DNA of 63,652 nucleotides, filler included, from Octopus bimaculoides (taxonomy: Eukaryota): NCBI RefSeq assembly GCF_001194135.2. It is 8 parts of 7 records of this genome, joined end to end, with 100 filler letters (N's around TTAATTAATTAA, not from the genome) between each part and the next. Parts side by side here need not be neighbours in the genome. Positions count along the whole stretch, not along the records: positions 20,312 to 28,513 come from NC_069001.1; positions 28,614 to 45,660 come from NC_068982.1; 6 more parts are not named here. One strand, written 5' to 3'. The notes under the pieces are model-generated. The model was not told the DNA's origin and searched no databases. It saw only the letters and a list, made by a program, of their open reading frames with translations. How positions within the stretch are numbered: the stretch's first letter is position 1; each line of letters starts with the position of its first letter. Below, piece after piece: positions 25,468-37,925 of the stretch. A program made the translations under genes and the position numbers.

Positions 25468-26329
25468 NNNNNNNNNNNNNNNNNNNNNNNNNNNNNNNNN
25501 NNNNNNNNNNNNNNNNNNNNNNNNNNNNNNNNNNNNNNNNNNNNNNNNNNNNNNNNNNNNNNNNNNNNNNNNNNNNNNNNNNNNNNNNNNNNNNNNNNNN
25601 NNNNNNNNNNNNNNNNNNNNNNNNNNNNNNNNNNNNNNNNNNNNNNNNNNNNNNNNNNNNNNNNNNNNNNNNNNNNNNNNNNNNNNNNNNNNNNNNNNNN
25701 NNNNNNNNNNNNNNNNNNNNNNNNNNNNNNNNNNNNNNNNNNNNNNNNNNNNNNNNNNNNNNNNNNNNNNNNNNNNNNNNNNNNNNNNNNNNNNNNNNNN
25801 NNNNNNNNNNNNNNNNNNNNNNNNNNNNNNNNNNNNNNNNNNNNNNNNNNNNNNNNNNNNNNNNNNNNNNNNNNNNNNNNNNNNNNNNNNNNNNNNNNNN
25901 NNNNNNNNNNNNNNNNNNNNNNNNNNNNNNNNNNNNNNNNNNNNNNNNNNNNNNNNNNNNNNNNNNNNNNNNNNNNNNNNNNNNNNNNNNNNNNNNNNNN
26001 NNNNNNNNNNNNNNNNNNNNNNNNNNNNNNNNNNNNNNNNNNNNNNNNNNNNNNNNNNNNNNNNNNNNNNNNNNNNNNNNNNNNNNNNNNNNNNNNNNNN
26101 NNNNNNNNNNNNNNNNNNNNNNNNNNNNNNNNNNNNNNNNNNNNNNNNNNNNNNNNNNNNNNNNNNNNNNNNNNNNNNNNNNNNNNNNNNNNNNNNNNNN
26201 NNNNNNNNNNNNNNNNNNNNNNNNNNNNNNNNNNNNNCCTTCCGAGTTTTTTTACAGGGCTTAGAAATACTGAAGAGCCGCTGCAATAAACGAGTGAATC
26301 TGAGAGGGAATATATTGAATAAAATCAAA

Positions 26330-26605
26330 GGGTGCATGGCTTACAATCGTGAGGTCGTGAGTTCGATTCCCAGACCGGGAATAAAATGTCTTGAACAAGA
26401 CACTTTATTTTCACGTTGCTCCAGTTCACTCAGCTGTAGAATTGAGTTGCGACATCACTGGTGCCAAGCTGTATCAGCCTTTGCCTTTCTCTTGGATAAC
26501 ATCGGTGGCGTGGAGAGGGGCGGCTGGTACGCATGGGTGACCATTGGTCTTCCATAAACTACTTTGCCCGGACTTGTTCCTTGGAGGGTAACTCTTTAGG
26601 TCTTT
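26330..26605 (+). mobile_element. SINE family D, near full length
   Basis: gaggtcgtgagttcgattccc...cttgaacaagacactttatttcacgttgctccagttcactcagctgtagaa; colinear with 55930-56272. Confidence 0.85.
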
Positions 26606-26858
26606 ACAAACAGAAAACTATTAAGAAATCTTGTTTGGATGAGGTCTTTCTTTGAAAGTACACCATTTGCACGCAAGGGAAGTTAATTTGTAAGGTCTAG
26701 CCTTGTTAGAGCCACAGTGTATGGCAAGGCTGGATTCTACGTGGAAATTACGCTGAGAATGCAGGTATCTGAAGAATACTCAACCACTTCGCTGGCTAAT
26801 TCAATGAGTAGGGATTTCAGTTAATCGAACAATTAATTGGAAGTTTAAAGATCGAAAC

Positions 26859-26918
<60 letters not shown>

Positions 26919-27311
26919 GGAGCCACTGTTCATGATACTTAGCAATNNNNNNNNNNNNNNNNNNNNNNNNNNNNNNNNNNNNNNNNNNNNNNNNNNNNNN
27001 NNNNNNNNNNNNNNNNNNNNNNNNNNNNNNNNNNNNNNNNNNNNNNNNNNNNNNNNNNNNNNNNNNNNNNNNNNNNNNNNNNNNNNNNNNNNNNNNNNNN
27101 NNNNNNNNNNNNNNNNNNNNNNNNNNNNNNNNNNNNNNNNNNNNNNNNNNNNNNNNNNNNNNNNNNNNNNNNNNNNNNNNNNNGTGTGTGTGTGTGTGTG
27201 TGTGTATGATTCAAAATATAAACACAATAAACCATAAATTAATATTTTGTTTTTCGAATTCGATCATTTTTACTTCAATAGAGTTCTTATTCTATTATAT
27301 TTGTAGAATCG

Positions 27312-27550
27312 AAGGCACCGAGCTGGCAGACTCATTAGAATGTAGAGCAAGAAATACTAAGTGACATGCTTTTTAATTTTTTTTTTTTGTTCCGTCTTTA
27401 TGTTTTGAGTTCAAATTCTGCCAAGGTCGATTCGGCCTTTCATCCTTCTTGGGACCGATAAAATAAGTACCAGTTGAACTCTGTAGGGTCAATTTCATCG
27501 ACTAGCCTCCTCCACCAAAATTTCAGGCCTTGTGCCTATACTAGAAAGGA
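27312..27550 (+). mobile_element. SINE family B
   Basis: gagctggcaga head, B core, ccaaaatttcaggccttgtgcctatactagaaag tail. Confidence 0.85.
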
Positions 27551-28029
27551 AAACGAAAATATCATTCGGTGGTCGTTTACTTTTCTTATATTACACCGGT
27601 TACTTTTTATGAAACAACACCGGAATTCCATAAACAAAGTCTTGGTGAAGCTATCCCGTGCATTAAACATAAGTAACTGTAGGGATAAGCGAGTTAGACA
27701 GATGAATATATATAGTATATTGGCGATCTTTCGGTACTAGTCCGCTATAACTTTCGGTCGTTGCGCGCACGCATACTGATTACATGATCGTATAGTGTGT
27801 TCATGTGTTTAAAGTTTCAATTCGGATGACACCTTACTCACTCGCACCTTGGCCACATATATAATCTGTTACTTGTATCAGTCATTAAACTTTGGCCACG
27901 CTGGAACACCATATACACTTTCTCTCTCCCACACATATTTTCATGCATTTTATAGCCAGGTTTATCAGGCTACTTATATCTCTGTATAATTAATTGATTA
28001 ACGAATTAATTATTATAATTATTATCGTG

Positions 28030-28424
28030 ATGTGTTCGCCGATAAAGAATTTTCGTCCAAGTGAGACGAACGGGGACGAAACCTCTAGAACTGGTTCCTT
28101 TGATTTATTACCGCGAAGACAATTCGATTACAACCCCCCGTATCTCCGCCAACCTAAAGAAATCGGTTGTTTTTCACTCGATTTAGACCGTAAAATAACT
28201 TACGACAAAAGTCAGCTACGATATTATATCGAACCAGAAACACCTGACGATGTTCATATGAATTTAAGGGACGGTTACAAAGATCTCATTCAGAAAGACG
28301 AAAGCAAAAAGGACCTGTTGGATGATATTCTAAGATGGATCAGTTGTCATCGAAACCTGTTTTCTCTTTCTACGCGATCCTCTGATTCTTCTGATTCCGA
28401 TAAACAACACTGCGGGACATCTCA
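28030..28424 (+). CDS. DXO: Decapping exoribonuclease DXO/DOM3Z (RAI1 family), first coding exon
   Basis: YLRQPKEIGCFSLDLDRKITYDKSQLRYY...NLRDGYKDLIQKDESKKDLLDDILRWISCHR aligns from memory with human DXO FYRRPSELGCFSLDAQRQYHGDARALRYY...DLRDGY...ERLDHLLCWLLEHR; ends at donor CA|GTAAGT (phase 2). Confidence 0.85.
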
Positions 28425-29059
28425 GTAAGTGTCGAAACAACGCATTTCTTCTTGCTTTCGTATCCTTCGTCTGTTATCTTTTACATGTTTCAGTCGTTCG
28501 ACTGCGGCCTTGCNNNNNNNNNNNNNNNNNNNNNNNNNNNNNNNNNNNNNNNNNNNNTTAATTAATTAANNNNNNNNNNNNNNNNNNNNNNNNNNNNNNN
28601 NNNNNNNNNNNNNATATATATATATATAATACAAAGAATATATATACATGTATACACACATATATGTACATGCTTACATCTACATGTGTATATAGATGCA
28701 TATCAGGGTACAGAACATTAGAAAAATGAACTACAGACAACGGAACGAACACACAGGAAAACAGATAGCCACTTGGAATTATTCCTTTGTCAGCTGCCTC
28801 TATTCTAACTAGACGTTTCGAAGATAAGGCAGAACGTACTCTAGAATAGTTTNNNNNNNNNNTTTCGAAGATAAGGCAGAACGTACTCTAGAATAGTTTC
28901 TTCCTGAGTAGTGGATCGACCCACTTAACAGAGGATTCCAAGGTGGCAAACACAAACCAAGACAGGAAAAAATGGACAGTGAAAACAACATATATATTAT
29001 ATATATATGTATATATATGTATATATATATGTGTGTGTGCATGTATGTGTGTGTATATG

Positions 29060-29268
29060 TTTGCGTGTCTGCATCCCCCTCCCAAAAAAAAACTCGCTTG
29101 CTGGTGTGATTACGTCCCCGTAACTTAGCGATTCGGCAAAAAGCGATCCGATAGAATAAGTACTAGTCTTACAAGGAATAAGTCCAGGGGTCGATTTCCT
29201 CGACTAAAGGCGGTGCTCCAGCATGGCCACAGTCAAATGACTTGAAACAGGCAAAAGAGTAAAAGAGT
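29060..29268 (+). mobile_element. SINE family A, 3' half
   Basis: tacgtccccgtaacttagcg...ggcggtgctccagcatggcc...aaaagagtaaaagag. Confidence 0.85.
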
Positions 29269-29847
29269 ACGTACTCAATGCAGCTTTTAAGCTCGTATGT
29301 GTGGGTGGTGGTGGGGGTATCTGTGTCTGTACACTCACACCCATACACACACGGGGAGAGAGAGAGAGGGGGAGTACGTCACTATGATTCTTTGCACTGT
29401 ATTACCAGCAAATGGCTATATTAGTGCACTTTGTGACTATCACGACTCTCTTCTTCTCTGTCTTTCTCCCTCCCTCACCTCTTTTTCATTCTCCGCTTCT
29501 CTTTTCCTCCCTCTCTCTCCTTCACTCTGCATACGTGTCTTCATGCAAAGATATGCATACACACGGAAAGGCGCCTGCGCACATTCATACGCACGCACAC
29601 CCACACACACACATTCATACGCACGCACACGCACACACACACACACAAATACAAACCAGTGGCTTTTAGCAACGGTTCATGGCACTCGGAGCAAAGACAA
29701 TTCCCACCTACCCCCGCTCACCCACCTCTACGCCGTTCTATTTTAATTAACGGGCATCGTAAACAAGAGGAGATTTTACTCCCCTTCGCGCAACCGCCAA
29801 AGAATGACTTCCCACTCAGCACCCCCTGTTACGCCTCTAGCACACTC

Positions 29848-29891
<44 letters not shown>

Positions 29892-30093
29892 TGAGAGAGG
29901 GGGTGGAGGGAAAGAGAGAGACGGACTGACCGCCAGACAAACAGACAAGGCAGAGGAACTGACTGTCAGACGGACCGACAGGTAGATAGATAGACAGACA
30001 GACAGACAGAGGCAGGCAAGTAGACTGGCAGGCAGCAGACAGACAGAGAGGCAGGTAGGTAGACAGACAGACAGACAGTAAGATAAATAGATA
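29848..30093. repeat. (GATA)n/(GACA)n compound tetranucleotide tract
   Basis: Read directly; flanks the 3' end of the Tx1-like element. Confidence 0.9.
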
Positions 30094-31108
30094 TCTTTTT
30101 TATTATAGCCACACAGGGCTAAATACAGAAAATGGACAAATTACAAAGTAGAGCTTTTCTTTGGGGGGAGATAATTTCGATCAAAAGGGATCGCAGAAAA
30201 AAAAGGGGGGGATTTCGATCAAAAGGGATCGCGGGAAAAAAAAAACGTGGTGNNNNNNNNNNNNNNNNNNNNNNNNNNNNNNNNNNNNNNNNNNNNNNNN
30301 NNNNNNNNNNNNNNNNNNNNNNNNNNNNNNNNNNNNNNNNNNNNNNNNNNNNNNNNNNNNNNNNNNNNNNNNNNNNNNNNNNNNNNNNNNNNNNNNNNNN
30401 NNNNNNNNNNNNNNNNNNNNNNNNNNNNNNNNNNNNNNNNNNNNNNNNNNNNNNNNNNNNNNNNNNNNNNNNNNNNNNNNNNNNNNNNNNNNNNNNNNNN
30501 NNNNNNNNNNNNNNNNNNNNNNNNNNNNNNNNNNNNNNNNNNNNNNNNNNNNNNNNNNNNNNNNNNNNNNNNNNNNNNNNNNNNNNNNNNNNNNNNNNNN
30601 NNNNNNNNNNNNNNNNNNNNNNNNNNNNNNNNNNNNNNNNNNNNNNNNNNNNNNNNNNNNNNNNNNNNNNNNNNNNNNNNNNNNNNNNNNNNNNNNNNNN
30701 NNNNNNNNNNNNNNNNNNNNNNNNNNNNNNNNNNNNNNNNNNNNTTGTAGACCTTTCAAACGCGTCCACCACACGCATTCTTTTGCCATAGCTATCAGTG
30801 TTACAAAAACCGTTTTTCCTTCCCGTTTAAAGGAAGGTGGCGGAACAATATTCACGATAGACTCGGCTGATAAGTGGGCTCGTCCCACACGCGACAACAG
30901 CCGTTCGACGAAGGTCCACAGCTCTGAAATATCTGGACACTGCACGAGTGCGTGCAGAACGGTTTCGTCGCTCTGACCGCATCTCGGGCAGGTCGGTCCG
31001 GTGGTTTTCGAACCGTGTCTGTAGATCTTCTCTCGAACTGGTAGTGCGTCTCAATCTCTGGAAATTATCCATAGGCCCCGGCCCGAACGTCGTCTTGAAA
31101 AGGCGGGT

Positions 31109-31110
<2 letters not shown>
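30094..31110 (-). mobile_element. Tx1/L1-clade LINE, 5'-truncated copy 1
   Basis: ORF2-type zinc knuckle GPTCPRCGQSDETVLHALVQCP...WWTRLKGL; 3' end cctgtgtggctataataaaaaaga; (GATA)-type tracts on both sides. Confidence 0.75.
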
Positions 31111-31145
<35 letters not shown>

Positions 31146-31214
31146 GAAAGGATTTTTTCATGAGTGTGAGATCCTGTTGTTTGACGAAGAGAATCACCTT
31201 GTCAATATAGATAA

Positions 31215-31405
31215 TTGACGCCGCGCGAAATGCTTTACGGTATTTCGTCTCTCTACGTTCTGAGTTCAAATTCCACCGAGGTCGATTTTGCCTTCCATCC
31301 TTTTTGGGGTCAATAAATTAAACACCATTTGCATACTGTGGTCGATCTAGTCGACTGGCCCTCTCCCCCAAAATTTCGGGCCTTGTGCCTAGAGTAGAAA
31401 AGAAT
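31215..31405 (+). mobile_element. SINE family B
   Basis: B core and ccccaaaatttcgggccttgtgcctagagtagaaaag tail. Confidence 0.85.
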
Positions 31406-31524
31406 ATAGGTAACTGTGTATTTCACATGTTTTCATGTAATCTGTAGGTACAATCAGTTTGAGACGGTAAAGACCTGAGAATCGCCATTTAACCCAGCAT
31501 CAAGAAAATATGTCTTTATTTTTT

Positions 31525-31815
31525 TCAACCTTTTGTTTGCTTCGTCACTGGACTACGGCCATGCAAAGGCAATGCCTTAAAGGACTCAGTCAAACACCTT
31601 CACCAAAGTACTATTGGTTCAAGCTTTGTACTTATTATACCGGCCTCTTTTGCTAAACTGTTATCGTTAAGTTACGGCGATGTAAACAATCCAACACCGG
31701 TTGTCAAGCGGTAGTGGGAGACAGATACACATACAGAGACACATACACATACACACACACACACATGCCGAGCTTCTTTCGGTTTCTGTCTACCAAATCC
31801 ACTCACAAGGCTTTC
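31525..31815 (-). mobile_element. SINE family A, diverged, lacking the head
   Basis: aagttacggcgatgtaaacaatccaacaccggttgtcaagcg...ccaaatccactcacaaggcttt. Confidence 0.8.
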
Positions 31816-32297
31816 GTTGAATTTACGTGGGACAGCAGAGAAGGGTTTAAAGATAGGTAGTGAGAGATTCATGTCTCACTGAGAAAGAAGACAAAATTTT
31901 CATTTACGGATACATTTTTCGACTTGAAATGAGAAAATATCAATCGTTAATGTCATCCTAGAGACATTTTGTCTGAAACAATAGGACAGGGTGGCCATTG
32001 ATGGGAGACGCTCGATCATACATCTGCTTGATCCAGATGGAATTGTGGCTAAGCAACAACCAGAACAACATCAACAATAATTATCAACACTGACAAGACT
32101 AACGTCTATAACAGACGAGTCAATTTTGGAGTCATGGCGTGATTACCTGCTCTTCTAGAAATAACAGTCAAACCTCTCTAACCTTAAGCAGCTACGAGCT
32201 ACACGTGTTGGAATATTATGTTCTGCTGTTTACTAAGCTTCTTGGGTTGTAAATTCTCCAAATATTCAAGAAAAAAAGCATGAATTTATTCTGACGA

Positions 32298-32500
32298 AGA
32301 TGGCAAGCTGACAGAATCGTTGGCATGCCGGGCAAAATGCTTAGCAGTATTTCGTCCGTCTTTAGTTCTAAGTTCAAATTTCGCCGAGGTCGACTTTGTC
32401 TTTTATCTTTTCGGGGTCGATAAAATAAGTACCAGTTGTGCACCGGGATCGATGTAAATCAACTTACCCCGCTCCCTCAAAATTGCAGGCAATAAATCAA
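32298..32500 (+). mobile_element. SINE family B
   Basis: B core tcgccgaggtcgactttgtcttttatctttcggggtcgataaaataagtaccag. Confidence 0.85.
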
Positions 32501-33057
32501 ACTTTGAAATCATTATTTATTCTAATGATCAAATCTAAAGCAGTTGTAGTTTGAGAGATGCCTCTTTCATTATTCCTATTCTGTAATATAATATTCGCGA
32601 GTATTTTTTAATCAATTAGATAAAGTGATTTTGCTCCAAAAATATGCATGTCGTTGCTCGAGCGATGACAGATTGAGTCATGAACGTGAAACCAATACAG
32701 TCCACAACAGAAGGCCTCTAGTACGTGAGTTCCCAATGCCACAAAGGAGAGTGTTGAGTTACCAGAACTACTGTCTGAAGTGATTATAATCAAGATTCTT
32801 TGGATTGCTCACTATATTACGGAGACAAAGTTATGTTTCTCTTCAGTTAAGCAATTTGATTTTATCTTCATGACAGGACTTTGATAAGAAATGTTTGACT
32901 GTACAATATTAATAAACAATATTTGAGTTCAAATTCTGCCGCGGTCGACTTTGCTTTTCATCCTTTCGAAGTACCAGTTGAGCACTGGAATCGATGTAAT
33001 CGACTTATACTCGACACCAAAATTGCTGGCTTTGTGCCGTAATTTGAAATCAGTATA

Positions 33058-33294
33058 CTGGGTGGCTCAAAAGTAGGTTTACAGTTATTCATCTATCTCT
33101 TTCGCATTCATATATTAACAGTTTAGATCTTAATTATAAACAAAAATATGAAACCATTATTCTATGCTAATTTAGTTGATTTTGTCAAGCTCCCTTTTCA
33201 GTTTGTAAGATAGAAATTTAAATGTAATAAAGTGTTTTAAAAGAAATTTAAAGTGCCTACGGGATAACTGTAAACCTACTTTTGGGCCAGCCTA
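33058..33294. mobile_element. Tc1/mariner-type MITE (~237 bp) between two SINE-B copies (32920-33050, 33310-33500)
   Basis: ~30-bp TIRs (ctgggtggctcaaaagtaggtttacagttat and its complement) with TA at 33056-57 and 33295-96. Confidence 0.85.
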
Positions 33295-34995
33295 TATATA
33301 CATCCGCATAAGGCAGCGAGCTGGCTGAATCATTTGCATGCCGAGTTTAAACGATTCCGAGTTCAAATTCCGCCGTGGTTCACTCTTTCCTCCTTTTGAG
33401 GTCGATAAAATAAGTACCAGTTGAGCACTGGAGTTGATGTAATGGACTTAATCCTTCCCCCTCGAAATTGCTGGCTTTATGCCAAAATTTGAAACCAATA
33501 TTTATAGGTTCACATGGATAGCACAGTAAATTTTCTTTTCAAAAGTCTTGGATTTCTCAATTCTCAATAATATTTTCATCTGTCAGGTGCTGGTATTTCC
33601 TTCACCTTTGCGCAATAAACGTCCTATAGTTACCTCTAATATTAACATTTTTTTTTCTTATGCTTCCCCTATGTTTACATTGTAGAGACTTAGAGTTAAT
33701 CGTATTTTTTTTCCACATTTATGTTTCCTGTTTTTCGTTTCGCATTCTTTCAACTATTCTTGTTGTTTCTACCGTGAACCATATTTTTGCTTCTTCTTCT
33801 TCTTATGTTTCTTGCCGTTTTCCAGCACTTATTCTCCTCATATTACATCGAACATTAACAATTTATGATAATTTTCATCTAACCTTTCTTTATAGCTGAG
33901 AACTCGTTCACCTGTTTGAAAAGCAATTACTTGTTGAATATACGCAAAATTCGAATTATGTATTGTTGCTATCTGAATTGTTCCGTTTCGTACACTTTCT
34001 TGAGCTGTCCATTCCCGCACCAATCACACCCAGATTTCATCCAAATTAGCCACGTCGAGATCGCAGTGAACACGGTATATTGAAAGGTACGTGGAGAACG
34101 TAGGGGGGAAGGCCGAGGGAGAGGGTTGATTAGTGTAAGTTTAATCATAAAATGTATAAATCCAGCAACTATATTTACAGTGAAGAGAATGCAGGCATAA
34201 ACAGCAACTATATTTCTAAAATGAAAAGCATCTTTTTTACAAATAATACATAAGCAGATCAGGTGGGCGTATGTACTTATGTATTAATAGTAGAAAACGA
34301 ACATCTCCTTCTGCTTACCAATTGTTACAGGAAGAGAAATGCTTCAAGAAGAAATGAAAAACGCAATTCAGATTAATTTTTATCCTCTAAAAACTGAAAA
34401 AAAGAATTGCGTCGAAAAATTTATGGAAACAAATATCAACGATATTATTTTTTAAGAAAATAAAGAACATTAATTATAAATTAAGAATTACTTCTATTTA
34501 CTAATTGCTAATCATGAAATTAATATGAAGTAATGCAGCTGGAACAAAGGGGTCAATATTTTGGTATTGATCTGTTTTGAAAAGTTAAAATTTTGTACTT
34601 AAAATGATAATTGGTACGAGATTTCATGACGTTGAAAAATTGGTTTGTTACAGTGGATTATATTGGCTAATGCTTATTACATATAACCGGCCTCTTTTTA
34701 TTCTCCTTGTCTGAAGTGCTTACGATTGCATATATTGGTACGACTTTTCCTACTACTCCTGTTCTTTATACTGTCTTCATCCAATTGAAGCTGTTTTATT
34801 CATCTAATCCCTCAACTGCGATTGTGCTCATCCTTCAGCTGGCTCATTCTCGTACATCAAGAAGGAAGCCTGAAATCAGGGATGGTCTGGCCTCCTATAA
34901 TATTGATAACATTTGGAGTTCGTCAAGGGTTATCCTCAACTCAGTGCTTTCATCCTTGAAAAAAAAAAATGAAACTTGATTTGTACTCATATATA

Positions 34996-35748
34996 CGTGG
35001 TCTGATCAATAAGTATCCGGACTGTTGCTATAGTAACGAAGATAAAGCACTTAGAATAAAGCTGCTTGGCACAGATTGACCTTGAACTCTGCTATGCAAG
35101 CACACTACGTTTCAACGTTCCAGCTCACTTCCGCTGTTTACAGCATTGCTTGGAAGGAAGGTGTGTAGCGTGTGATCGTCGCATTGACCATGACAGAGAA
35201 AGTTGTCATGGCGATACCTGCTCAGAGGCCTACACAAAGTTGTAGAAAGTGTATAGAGAGAAGTGTATGAGCCGCACACAAGAGTACGAGTAGTTCAGAT
35301 GTTTCCAAGATGGCCGAAAAATGTCGATATTGACGAACGTTCTGGGAGATCCGCAACCAGCAGAACTAAGAAAAACATCACAGATGTGCGTGCAGCTGTG
35401 AAGAGAAATCGTTGAATCGCCATCCGTGAGTTATCAGAGGATGAGCAGATTAGTTACGGTTCAGTTCAGTCCGTTACCTCTGAAGATATGGGTATGAGAC
35501 GCCTGTCTGCCAAGTTTGTGCCAAAACTGCTTTCAGTTCCCCAAACAGACACTTGGGTTTTAATGGCACAAGATTTCCTTGACTGTGTCGAGAACGAGGA
35601 AAACTTTTTCTACTCAACTTTCTCTGTCATCGTCAATGCGACGATCAGATGCTACACACCTACCTTCCATGCACTGCTGTAAACAGTGAAATTAAAGTAA
35701 AACGTTAAAACTTAGTGTGCATGCATAACAAAGTTTAAGGTCAATCTG
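34996..35748 (+). mobile_element. Internally deleted mariner with long inverted ends
   Basis: Left TIR (ta)cgtggtctgatcaataagtatccggact; transposase remnants CMSRTQ.YE.F..F.DGR...DER.GR and GMRRLSAKFVPKLL; 35615-35748 is an inverted copy of 35072-35205. Confidence 0.85.
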
Positions 35749-36898
35749 CATCTACTCTAATAGATTGAAGAATCTATTAGAGTAGATGTAAGCGCTAATA
35801 TATGATTTATGAAAACATGTGACATTAATAAGAATCTGTAAATGTACAACCATCCAGATCTCTGAGTACCTTATTAATTTTTTAAATATATAATACCTGT
35901 ACATCACCTCCAAACTTTCTAATGTGTGTGTGTGTGTGTGTGTGTGTGTGTNNNNNNNNNNNNNNNNNNNNNNNNNNNNNNNNNNNNNNNNNNNNNNNNN
36001 NNNNNNNNNNNNNNNNNNNNNNNNNNNNNNNNNNNNNNNNNNNNNNNNNNNNNNNNNNNNNNNNNNNNNNNNNNNNNNNNNNNNNNNNNNNNNNNNNNNN
36101 NNNNNNNNNNNNNNNNNNNNNNNNNNNNNNNNNNNNNNNNNNNNNNNNNNNNNNNNNNNNNNNNNNNNNNNNNNNNNNNNNNNNNNNNNNNNNNNNNNNN
36201 NNNNNNNNNNNNNNNNNNNNNNNNNNNNNNNNNNNNNNNNNNNNNNNNNNNNNNNNNNNNNNNNNNNNNNNNNNNNNNNNNNNNNNNNNNNNNNNNNNNN
36301 NNNNNNNNNNNNNNNNNNNNNNNNNNNNNNNNNNNNNNNNNNNNNNNNNNNNNNNNNNNNNNNNNNNNNNNNNNNNNNNNNNNNNNNNNNNNNNNNNNNN
36401 NNNNNNNNNNNNNNNNNNNNNNNNNNNNNNNNNNNNNNNNNNNNNNNNNNNNNNNNNNNNNNNNNNNNNNNNNNNNNNNNNNNNNNNNNNNNNNNNNNNN
36501 NNNNNNNNNNNNNNNNNNNNNNNNNNNNNNNNNNNNNNNNNNNNNNNNNNNNNNNNNNNNNNNNNNNNNNNNNNNNNNNNNNNNNNNNNNNNNNNNNNNN
36601 NNNNNNNNNNNNNNNNNNNNNNNNNNNNNNNNNNNNNNNNNNNNNNNNNNNNNNNNNNNNNNNNNNNNNNNNNNNNNNNNNNNNNNNNNNNNNNNNNNNN
36701 NNNNNNNNNNNNNNNNNNNNNNNNNNNNNNNNNNNNNNNNNNNNNNNNNNNNNNNNNNNNNNNNNNNNNNNNNNNNNNNNNNNNNNNNNNNNNNNNNNNN
36801 NNNNNNNNNNNNNNNNNNNNNNNNNNNNNNNNNNNNNNNNNNNNNNNNNNNNNNNNNNNNNNNNNNNNNNNNNNNNNNNNNNNNNNNNNTATTCATAC

Positions 36899-36899
<1 letters not shown>

Positions 36900-36962
<63 letters not shown>
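36900..36962. repeat. (GATA)n microsatellite
   Basis: About 15 perfect units. Confidence 0.95.
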
Positions 36963-36965
<3 letters not shown>

Positions 36966-37439
36966 TTATATGTAAATACACACACACACACATGCATACG
37001 CCTTCTTGTCATTGTCCTCTGAGCCCAGTTGATACAAATTGCTGGTTTGTTTGCTAGATAGACCAGACAGTGCACAATGTCAAGGTCTCAGGGACGTTTA
37101 ATTTTAGATGGATACATAACGCATGGTATAACTTAATTTCGCTAGCTACTCAAATAAAAAAAAAACATGTGTTGCCTGTACGTCGTCCTTGACTTGCCAC
37201 AAATAACAGCCAAATCCTGTTTGAGGAGTGTTTGGATATTATCTCCATCAGAGCGACCGATCATTTGGCGCAGTAATGGGCAACTTGCCGCACACGAGAC
37301 TATCTGAAATGCATTCTGCCAGCTCACCGCTTCTTTCCAAACTTTAATAATATCACAAGGCACCCATGTTAAGTCGGACATAAAGGTTACATTTAGGAAT
37401 GTCAAATTAAGCGACTCCAAAACTGATGTCAATGCATTG

Positions 37440-37925
37440 TTTTCTACTCTAAGCACAAGGCCCAGAAATTTCGGGGGAGGCGGCCAATCGATTAGATCGA
37501 CCTCGGCGGAATCTGATCTCAGAACGGAAAGACAGACGAAATATCACTAAGCATTTCGCCCGGCGTGCTAACGTTTCTTATTTCTTTATTGCCCACAAGG
37601 GGCTAAACATAGAGGGGACAAACAAGGACATACAAAGGGATTAAGTCGATTACATCGACCCCAGTGCGTAACTGGTACTTATTTAATCGACCCCTGAAAG
37701 GATGAAAGGCAAAGTCGAACTCGGCGGAATTTGAATNNNNNNNNNNGACATACAAAGGGATTAAGTCGATTACATCGACCCCAGTGCGTAACTGGTACTT
37801 ATTTAATCGACCCCTGAAAGGATGAAAGGCAAAGTCGAACTCGGCGGAATTTGAATGGAAAGGCAGACGAAATACCGCTAAGCATTTCACCCGGCGTACT
37901 AACGTTTCTGCCAACTCACTGACTT
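37440..37925 (-). mobile_element. SINE family B copies (adjacent; one partly duplicated across a 10-N gap)
   Basis: Reverse complement of the B core; CpGs intact. Confidence 0.85.

Noticed and set aside
37627-37856. Direct ~110-bp duplication around a 10-N gap (similar at 28815-28900 and 40995/41301)
   Set aside because: Typical unmerged overlapping contig ends.
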